A DNA stretch of 32,000 bases from Methylomusa anaerophila (GCF_003966895.1 NZ_AP018449.1:37424-69423); one strand, 5' to 3'. Counted from the first letter of the stretch, positions 25,601 through 32,000 are shown. Translations and numbers: made by a program. Notes: generated from the letters alone by a model not told the origin.

Positions 25601-27487
25601 CTAATCCATCGCCGTCCGTTTCAAAGAATCTCCCAACCGGCAGCCTATAGCCGCCCCGATGGCACAGTAGACAAATCCGGCAGCCAGCACCGTCCAAATG
25701 TACCAGTCGGCGTAATACAGCCGGTACAACATCATGTACGCCATCATGCTCATATAGGAGGTAATGATGTCCACCACCCCGCAGACCACAGCCAGAATGA
25801 CAATGCTGAGACGGCTCCGGCAGCCTCTCCCTCTGGTAACGCCGGTAAAGAAGAGACCGGCTTCCAGAAAAACCGCCAAGGCCGCGTACAGCAAAATGTT
25901 CATCGGCGAGAAATGTCCAAAAATAAACCCGTTGAGAATAAACCTGACAACGATCATCAGGCTGACGGCTCCCGGCCTGGGCAGTACAACAGCCAAGGCT
26001 ACCATCAGCGCATACAGGACCGTTTGGCTGAAAAATCCGGTAAACAAAAAACTGAACGGACCAAAAATTACGTGAGCAATATCCATGAGTACCGTTGCCG
26101 GCAGATTAACGGTAACAAAGGTGACCGTTCCGAATAGAGCGACAATAACCATTTCCTTGCTGGACACCCGCCTGAGCGCCGACTCCTGCCGCCAAACAAA
26201 CCAACTGACGCCCAGCACCGCCACCAGCGTCATAAACAGTGTCGCATACAGGGGCTTGTTGTCATGAACGGTCAACGTCACCGGTTGTTTCGACGTGCTT
26301 ACCACCTGACTGACGCCGAATATCCTGGTTTCCGTCTGCAATTCATATTTGCCGGCGACGGCCCTATTTTCATCAAGATAAATGGGAAGAATCACCTGGT
26401 TGCTGGAATGGGCGGGTACGGCCGCTATACCGTAACTATAGCCCAGTCCGCCGTTTTTGTTTTGCGGCGCGGTAAAAGCCGGCGACATCTTGCCCGTAAC
26501 GATATCCGTCATTTTGGCCGTGACCAAGGCTAAAACCTGTTGATCACCGTCGTTGCTGATTCTTATGGCGGCAAAAGTAAGCGGATCTTCATCAAAACGC
26601 CGGTCTTCGCGTTCCCCTGTAAAAAACTGCAACAAACGGCTGGGCGGCTGATAGGCCAGAGCACCCGTCTGAACTTTCGGCTCCAGGCGGCCGGAAGCAT
26701 CCACCGGCAAGTCGACTTTGGCAACCTTGACATTATTGCTGATGTCGGCGAGGGAAGAGATTTGGATTACCGCCTGTTTGTCCCATTCCCGCTGTTCCCG
26801 GCCATTATCCAAATGCAAGCGGGCGGTTATCGTTGCCTTCCGCCCCGCTTCACCGGCTTTTACTTGGATCTGTTCATTCCATATCTCGTTTTCCGCCGTC
26901 AGACTGGCCGGTCCGAGCACATGGTTTACGCCATCGCGCCGTTCCAGTCTCATGACGGGAGGAACGGCTGCCACTTCAAGCTCAGGCGGAATGGAAACAT
27001 CCAAGATCCCGCCAACCTTTTGATCAGCATGATTGGTGATCAGAAGGTTAATGGCAAAAGTACTGCCATTGGTAACCAGACCCACATTTTCCTCGCTGTT
27101 TAGCCCATAGGGAGCTTGCAGAAAAAATGATATTGTCGCCGGCGGCTTGTCCGGGCTCCTGGCAGACAAGCGGATCTTGCCGCCGTCCCGCAGGCAAATC
27201 TCAAACTCATATTCATGCCCCGGCCTCCAGGGAATAAACACTGGGAGGACTTTATGACCGCCTGGTCCCGTATCGCTGGCGATAACCGTTTCCCCCGGCT
27301 TATCCCTGACGCGGATTTGCCTTATTTGCTGCTCCCGGTCAAATGTAATTTCGACTCCCTGCCGGGTAAACTCAATCTGTCCCCCCGGCGCTTCCTGCCC
27401 GGCTCCCAACAGCCGCCAGGCGCCATAGACCAGACCAATGACCAGCAATACGAGGCCAAATTTCTGCAACTTGTTATAGTGGGGCAA
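25601..27487 (-). CDS. 628-aa membrane protein: N-terminal anchor, ~400-aa extracytoplasmic region, C-terminal ~7-TM domain
   Basis: The only possible in-frame start is TTG 27487 (a TAA lies 18 nt upstream in frame). Hydrophobic segments are FGLVLLVIGLVYGAW at the N-terminus and six to seven from residue ~415 to the end. No family is recognised with certainty. Confidence 0.75.
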   Translation of the reverse strand: MPHYNKLQKFGLVLLVIGLVYGAWRLLGAGQEAPGGQIEFTRQGVEITFDREQQIRQIRVRDKPGETVIASDTGPGGHKVLPVFIPWRPGHEYEFEICLRDGGKIRLSARSPDKPPATISFFLQAPYGLNSEENVGLVTNGSTFAINLLITNHADQKVGGILDVSIPPELEVAAVPPVMRLERRDGVNHVLGPASLTAENEIWNEQIQVKAGEAGRKATITARLHLDNGREQREWDKQAVIQISSLADISNNVKVAKVDLPVDASGRLEPKVQTGALAYQPPSRLLQFFTGEREDRRFDEDPLTFAAIRISNDGDQQVLALVTAKMTDIVTGKMSPAFTAPQNKNGGLGYSYGIAAVPAHSSNQVILPIYLDENRAVAGKYELQTETRIFGVSQVVSTSKQPVTLTVHDNKPLYATLFMTLVAVLGVSWFVWRQESALRRVSSKEMVIVALFGTVTFVTVNLPATVLMDIAHVIFGPFSFLFTGFFSQTVLYALMVALAVVLPRPGAVSLMIVVRFILNGFIFGHFSPMNILLYAALAVFLEAGLFFTGVTRGRGCRSRLSIVILAVVCGVVDIITSYMSMMAYMMLYRLYYADWYIWTVLAAGFVYCAIGAAIGCRLGDSLKRTAMD

Positions 27488-27515
27488 ATGCCAACACCAT
27501 CCTTACTAACGATTG

Positions 27516-27576
27516 AAAAAAACCATGAAGAATTGCCGGACGCTGCGCCGCCAGCACCGGTCAATAACCTTCATGG
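27516..27576 (-). terminator. Terminator-like/attenuator hairpin upstream of the 628-aa gene
   Basis: Minus strand: CCATGAAG (27576..27569) pairs with CTTCATGG (27530..27523). Nested inside are CCGG/CCGG and GCTG/CAGC pairs. It is followed by TTTTTTT (27522..27516) and ends 28 nt before the TTG start. Confidence 0.55.
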
Positions 27577-27644
27577 CTACTGTTTTATAAATTCATGTTA
27601 ACTTTGCTGCTCTTAAACAGACAAATATATGGTATTCCACATTC

Positions 27645-27690
27645 ATAGGGAAATCCATAAGGAAATTCATAAAGAAATCCAAAGAAATCC
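27645..27690. repeat. Tandem imperfect 12-mer repeat (ATARRGAAATYC), three full units plus one 10-nt unit
   Basis: ATAGGGAAATCC, ATAAGGAAATTC, ATAAAGAAATCC and AAAGAAATCC are read directly head to tail. Confidence 0.85.
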
Positions 27691-27732
27691 ATTGTTAATT
27701 GTTAATTGTTAATTGTTAATTGTTAATTGTTA
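27691..27732. repeat. Perfect tandem heptamer repeat (ATTGTTA) x6
   Basis: Six exact copies that end one base before the stop codon (27733..27735) of the ABC-2 permease. Confidence 0.95.
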
Positions 27733-28476
27733 TCAATCGCGTACATGCAATAAGGTCCAAATCCCCGCCCCGGTCAGAATGACCGCATAGGCGCCCAGGA
27801 CGGCCACCGACGGCCAGGGGGTATGGCCGCCTGCTCCGAGGATGCGCAAGGCATAGGTTGCATGGGTCAGCGGCAAAATTTCAATGATCCACCGCAACAC
27901 AAGGGGAAATTTGTCAACGGTAAAAAAGGTTGCACATAGAAACGACATAGGAAGGAGAAAATAAGTGCTGAAATTCCCCATATCCTCATGGGAATCAATC
28001 ACCATAGCAGCCACAACACCCATGGCGGCAAATAAAGCGCATATCAGCATAAGCACCAATAAAAAACCGGCATGAATTGCAATCGTGGCGCCAAAAAAAT
28101 GCGCCAGCAGGAAGATAACCGCGCAGGATATCATCCCCCGCAAGGTGCCTGCCAATATCTTGCCAATCACAAAGGCTGCCGGACCAACCGGAGCAACCAG
28201 GTATTCCTCAAAGGATTTATGATACAGCCGCATCATATTGAGCGGTGAGGCTACAGAGTTAAAGCTGATATTCATGGCATTCAGGGCCATAATTCCCGGA
28301 ACGATAAAATTAAGATAGCTCCCGCCGTTCATCTGGATGCCGCGGCCAAGTCCCCAGCCGAAAGCTACCAGGTACAATACAGGGGTCACCATCCGCGACA
28401 GGATAAACTTGGTCATGCGGCGGTGCAGCACCAGCCAATCCCGCCAGAATACCGTGTAAATATCGTTGAAGAACAT
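27733..28476 (-). CDS. ABC-2 type transporter permease
   Basis: 247 aa with 6 predicted helices. Paralogue of 13725..14516. The start overlaps the ATPase stop (TAATG at 28474..28478). Confidence 0.9.
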   Translation of the reverse strand: MFFNDIYTVFWRDWLVLHRRMTKFILSRMVTPVLYLVAFGWGLGRGIQMNGGSYLNFIVPGIMALNAMNISFNSVASPLNMMRLYHKSFEEYLVAPVGPAAFVIGKILAGTLRGMISCAVIFLLAHFFGATIAIHAGFLLVLMLICALFAAMGVVAAMVIDSHEDMGNFSTYFLLPMSFLCATFFTVDKFPLVLRWIIEILPLTHATYALRILGAGGHTPWPSVAVLGAYAVILTGAGIWTLLHVRD

Positions 28477-29315
28477 TATCCTGCCACCTTTCGCCCGGTC
28501 AACTCGACAAAAACATCTTCCAGGTTGGACCGGCGTATGACTGTGTCTGCTGTTAAGTTGCCGGCAAAAGCGCCGGCATCGTTCCGGTGGGAGAAGAACC
28601 GGTATTCGGTTACGCCTGTTTCATTCCATTCCACCACATATTCCCCCAGACGCCGGCACAGCTCCACCGGGCTGTCGAGGGCAATCAGCCTGCCTTTGTC
28701 AAGGATGGCCACCCGCTGGCAGAGGTTTTCCGCTTCTTCGATATAATGAGTGGTCAGGAGCACCGTAATGCCATCCCCGTTCAACCGGCGCACCAAATCC
28801 CACAAGCGCCGCCGCACCTGCGGGTCCAAACCGACGGTAGGCTCATCCAGAAACAATATCCGGGGACGGTGCAGGAGGGCTCTGGCAATCATCAGGCGGC
28901 GCTTCATGCCGCCGGAAAATTTTTGCACCATGTCATGGCTCCTGTCAGTCAGTTCCACATACTCCAGCAGTTCATCAATGCGCTTGCGCCGGTCATCACG
29001 CGGCATATGGTGCAAACGGCCATGCAGTTCCAGGTTTTCCCGCGCCGTCAAATCAATGTCCAGATTCAAATGCTGCGGCACCACCCCAATGGTGTTCTTT
29101 ATCTCCAAATCATTGTCCGGCAGTTTCCAGCCATTGATGGTGACCGTTCCGGCAGTCGGCTTGGTCAACATGGTCAAGATGCGGATAGTCGTCGTTTTGC
29201 CCGCACCGTTCGGCCCCAACAGGCCAAACGTTTCCCCTTGTTCAATGTGCAGGCTGAGTTTGTCGACTACGGTGCGCTCCTCAAATTTCTTAACCAGTCC
29301 GTCGATCACGATCAT
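28476..29315 (-). CDS. ABC transporter ATP-binding protein
   Basis: Walker A GPNGAGKTT, signature FSGGMKRR, Walker B ILFLDEPTVGLD. Start ATG 29315 (MIVIDGLVKKF; GGGAGAAG upstream) is preferred over the ORF-track 29333. Confidence 0.9.
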   Translation of the reverse strand: MIVIDGLVKKFEERTVVDKLSLHIEQGETFGLLGPNGAGKTTTIRILTMLTKPTAGTVTINGWKLPDNDLEIKNTIGVVPQHLNLDIDLTARENLELHGRLHHMPRDDRRKRIDELLEYVELTDRSHDMVQKFSGGMKRRLMIARALLHRPRILFLDEPTVGLDPQVRRRLWDLVRRLNGDGITVLLTTHYIEEAENLCQRVAILDKGRLIALDSPVELCRRLGEYVVEWNETGVTEYRFFSHRNDAGAFAGNLTADTVIRRSNLEDVFVELTGRKVAG

Positions 29316-29329
29316 ATACGCTTCTCCCA

Positions 29330-30430
29330 TCATTTATGCCCATGAGCATGCGAATGCGTATGCGTATGTTGGTGGGAATGATCGTGACTATGGGCATGCT
29401 GATGTCCCAGAATTTCCTGTAGTTTTTTCTGCTCCGAACCGATTTCCTGGAAGGGTTTTTTTCGCATACGGTGCATAAGGGCCAACTCGACGACTTCAGA
29501 AACGTCCGAACGTTCAACTTTATCCCGGCCGTTAAGTGCGGCCAAAGCCTTGGCGGCCTTTAGCATCACCAGGTCGGCGCGATGTCCGTCAACTCCCATT
29601 TGAATGGCGATATCGGCAATATTGAACAGCACATCGTCATCATGGCTAACAGCGGCCAACAAGTTTTGCGCCGCTGCTATCTTGTCCCGCAGCTTGCTTT
29701 GTTCTTCTTCCCACTGCGCCGCGAATGCTTCCTGGTTCTCTTCAAAGGCCGTCCGGCGTTTAATGACATCCACGCGTTTGGCGGTGTCGGCAATGCCCTC
29801 AATGGTTACGCACAGCCCGAAGCGGTCCAGGAGCTGCGGTCTCAGCTCGCCTTCTTCCGGGTTCATGGTGCCGACAAGGATAAACTGGGCCGGATGGGAG
29901 AAAGACACGCCTTCCCGTTCGACGGTATTTACCCCCATGGCGGCGGCATCGAGAAGTACGTCAACAATATGATCATCCAGGAGATTGACCTCATCCACAT
30001 AGAGAATTCCCCGGTTGGCCTCAGCCAACACTCCTGGTTCGAATTTTTTCTCGCCGTGTTTAATAGCGTGTTCAATGTCAAGAGTGCCGACAACCCGGTC
30101 TTCAGTCGCCGATACCGGCAAGTTCACCACTTTCATCGGGCGTTTGGACCGCGGCAGTTTTTCGCCTTTTTCAACGCGCTCATGGCACTGCGGACAATAC
30201 ATCAACGGCTGATCGGGATCACAGTGGTAAGGGCAGTCGGCCACCACATCAATTTCCGGCAGCAATTCGGCCAAGGCCCGCACTGCCGTTGATTTGGCGG
30301 TTCCCTTTTCCCCCCGGATCAGGATACCGGACAGGCGCGGATTGATTACATTCAGCATCAAACCTTTTTTCATGCTTTCCTGGCCGACAATGGCTGCAAA
30401 CGGATAGTTCATCGGTTTATGATTATGCAT
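29330..30430 (-). CDS. chlI: ChlI/BchI-like AAA+ chelatase ATPase subunit with C-terminal (HX)11H tail
   Basis: FAAIVGQESMKKGLMLNVINPRLSGILIRGEKGTAKST (Walker A), ILYVDEVNLLDDH (Walker B), FILVGTMNPEEGELRPQLLDRFGL. Ends HQHAHSHDHSHQHTHTHSHAHGHK. AAGAGGAGAG lies 6 nt upstream of ATG 30430. Confidence 0.92.
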   Translation of the reverse strand: MHNHKPMNYPFAAIVGQESMKKGLMLNVINPRLSGILIRGEKGTAKSTAVRALAELLPEIDVVADCPYHCDPDQPLMYCPQCHERVEKGEKLPRSKRPMKVVNLPVSATEDRVVGTLDIEHAIKHGEKKFEPGVLAEANRGILYVDEVNLLDDHIVDVLLDAAAMGVNTVEREGVSFSHPAQFILVGTMNPEEGELRPQLLDRFGLCVTIEGIADTAKRVDVIKRRTAFEENQEAFAAQWEEEQSKLRDKIAAAQNLLAAVSHDDDVLFNIADIAIQMGVDGHRADLVMLKAAKALAALNGRDKVERSDVSEVVELALMHRMRKKPFQEIGSEQKKLQEILGHQHAHSHDHSHQHTHTHSHAHGHK

Positions 30431-30454
30431 GGTACACTCTCCTCTTTAAGATGG

Positions 30455-30488
30455 GAACTGCTTATATCTGACGATTTCTAAGCAGTTC
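30455..30488. other. Perfect 10-bp inverted repeat (stem-loop) in the chlD-chlI intergenic gap
   Basis: GAACTGCTTA (30455..30464), a 14-nt loop, then TAAGCAGTTC (30479..30488). No U-run follows on the transcribed (minus) strand. Confidence 0.7.
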
Positions 30489-30518
30489 GCGGCATTTGGC
30501 AACCTGAGTAGCAGTACA

Positions 30519-32000
30519 TTAAGCCAGGGCGCCGCGAACTATATTTACCAGACTATCAACTTTCAACTGATCAATTGTATAGCACTCAGCTCCCAGACGG
30601 GTTGCCAGCTCTTGCGCCTTGCCGAAGGACAGCAGGCCTTTCTGTTCGGTGTCAACCACAATATACTTAATATCAAACTCTTCGCGCATGTTCGCGGCCG
30701 CCCGGTGAGCCTCCGCCAGCGGTTTGTCCTCAGCCATGGCGACATTCGCCTTGCCGTCGGACAAAATCACGACAATGGGGCGCATGTGCGGACTGCGTTT
30801 AAGGTGCTGTCTTACGACTTCCTGCGCTTTAATCAGTCCTGCCGCTAACGGCGTCTTCCCGCCAACCGGCAGCTCAACCAGACATTTTTGCGCCAATTCG
30901 ACGCTATTGGTCGGCGGCAGCAGCACCTCAGCCTGATCCCCTTTAAACGCCACCATGGCAACCCGGTCCCGTTTTTGATAAGCGTCCTGCAATAAAGACA
31001 ATATCGCGCCCTTGGTCTCGATCATGCGTTGCTTGGCCCCCATCGAACCGCTGGCATCGACGACAAACAACATAAAGTTGCCGATGCGCTTCTCCCGGAC
31101 TTTTTCCCGGATGTCACCGGTTTCAATGACCAGCGCCATGCCGTTTGAGCGGCGGCTGCGCTGGAAAGGCGCCGCGGCCCGGATGGTGGCGTCAATAGCC
31201 AGGTCATCCCGTTCACGGTGGCTGGTGCTGCGTACATAGCGGCCGGTGCTGGAATCGGTTTTGGTGCGCGAACGCCGGCCTGAGCCGCGTCTGGGCTGAC
31301 GGTCTTTGTTCAGGGTAATGCGCTTGACGGCAAAAGGTTTGCCAAGGGCAAAGACTACCTCGGTAGACGGTTTGGCCTTGCTGTTGTTATCTTTTTCGTC
31401 CCTTTGATCCTCCTGCCGCTCCTCTTCCTGCTGGTTCTCAGGCGGAGGCGGCGGCGGATTGCCCTGCTCTTCCTGTTCCTGATCTTCATTCTGATCCTCA
31501 GGCGGCTCAGGCTGCTCCTGTTCCTGCGGCTGCGTTTCCGACTCTTCCGGCGGCTGACGGCGGCGGTGCGCCAGCACCAGCGGCGCTATCGCCAGCACAT
31601 CCGCTTCCGTTACCTCCCGGTGCCCAAGCCACGCGGCATAAGTTACGGCGGCCCGCACCAGCACGATATCCGCCCGGTGGCCGGCGGCATGGGCTTCGGC
31701 GCAGAGCCGGCCGATCAGGGAATACCGTTCTTCCGGCAACGCCACTGCCGGCAGCAGTTTCCGGGCCGCGCCGACCTTTTTCCGCAATATATCCTGCTCT
31801 TGCCGCCAGTGTTCCCGGAACCGGGCCGGATCGGTTTCAAAAGCCTCGCGGCGCTTAATGATTTCCACCCGCGCCTCCCGGTCGGTAAGACCGGTTACTT
31901 CAACACAAAGGGCAAAACGGTCTAATAGCTGCGGCCTTAAGTCACCTTCCTCCGGATTCATGGTTCCCACCAGGATAAATTCCGCCGGATGGGTAATGCT
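30519..32000 (-). CDS. chlD: ChlD/BchD-like chelatase subunit (AAA+ remnant, acidic Pro-rich linker, vWA domain); 5' end outside window
   Basis: The frame is open to the window end (..ITHPAEFILVGTMNPEEGDLRPQLLDRFAL..). Linker PPEESETQPQEQEQPEPPEDQNEDQEQEEQGNPPPPPPENQQEEE. vWA/MIDAS region MLFVVDASGSMG...VVILSDGKANV. Confidence 0.92.
   Translation of the reverse strand, partial: SITHPAEFILVGTMNPEEGDLRPQLLDRFALCVEVTGLTDREARVEIIKRREAFETDPARFREHWRQEQDILRKKVGAARKLLPAVALPEERYSLIGRLCAEAHAAGHRADIVLVRAAVTYAAWLGHREVTEADVLAIAPLVLAHRRRQPPEESETQPQEQEQPEPPEDQNEDQEQEEQGNPPPPPPENQQEEERQEDQRDEKDNNSKAKPSTEVVFALGKPFAVKRITLNKDRQPRRGSGRRSRTKTDSSTGRYVRSTSHRERDDLAIDATIRAAAPFQRSRRSNGMALVIETGDIREKVREKRIGNFMLFVVDASGSMGAKQRMIETKGAILSLLQDAYQKRDRVAMVAFKGDQAEVLLPPTNSVELAQKCLVELPVGGKTPLAAGLIKAQEVVRQHLKRSPHMRPIVVILSDGKANVAMAEDKPLAEAHRAAANMREEFDIKYIVVDTEQKGLLSFGKAQELATRLGAECYTIDQLKVDSLVNIVRGALA

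Noticed and set aside
27645-27732. Possible CRISPR array or iterons
   Set aside because: The units are only 7-12 bp and abut directly with no spacers. No cas genes or replication genes are nearby. This is a simple tandem repeat, not a CRISPR array or a plasmid origin.
31383-31559. Low-complexity, repeat-like DNA (CTCCTG/GGCGGC runs) inside the ChlD gene
   Set aside because: It encodes the acidic, proline-rich linker (PPEESETQPQEQEQ...NPPPPPPENQQEEE) that is a standard feature of BchD/ChlD subunits between the AAA+ and vWA domains. It is not an independent repeat element.

Overview
Nearly the whole window is one co-directional minus-strand gene array, interrupted once by a plus-strand transposon. 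The signals suggest a diderm Firmicute (Negativicutes-like): strong GGAGG ribosome-binding sites and lipobox lipoproteins occur alongside TonB-dependent outer-membrane receptors and an RND pump. That assignment is inference. The array encodes a class I (ATP-dependent) chelatase set. It has a ChlD-like subunit (30519..>32000, 5' end outside the window), a ChlI-like ATPase ending in a perfect (HX)11H tail (29330..30430), and two CobN-family large subunits. One CobN is intact (19825..23751) and one is divided by a single in-frame TAG (3623..5977 plus 2036..3619). Interleaved with these are two TonB-dependent receptor genes (one partial at the window start, one split into two fragments by the transposon), three ABC-2 permeases, two ABC ATPases, an HAE1-type RND pump with its adaptor, two paralogous PQQ-like beta-propeller lipoproteins and a 628-aa membrane protein. 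The two lipoproteins and the 628-aa protein share an N-terminal module of about 90 aa. The genes form two tandem paralogous modules, and no cob/cbi/hem biosynthetic genes are present. I consider this the candidate novel system: an envelope-spanning apparatus for uptake, metal exchange and efflux of metallo-tetrapyrroles. One receptor gene is cleanly interrupted by a 3,084-bp Mu/Tn552/Tn7-superfamily transposon (15143..18226) with TGT...ACA ends, 25-bp imperfect inverted repeats and a 6-bp target duplication. Removing it in silico restores a 701-codon receptor ORF. Non-coding features include a promoter plus a roughly 270-nt structured leader with an internal terminator ahead of the last receptor gene. 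A second terminator-like hairpin sharing the same 11-mer arm lies ahead of the 628-aa gene. There are also 88 bp of tandem 12-mer and 7-mer repeats, a TTACT repeat cluster and a perfect 10-bp hairpin between chlD and chlI. No rRNA, tRNA or CRISPR array was recognised.
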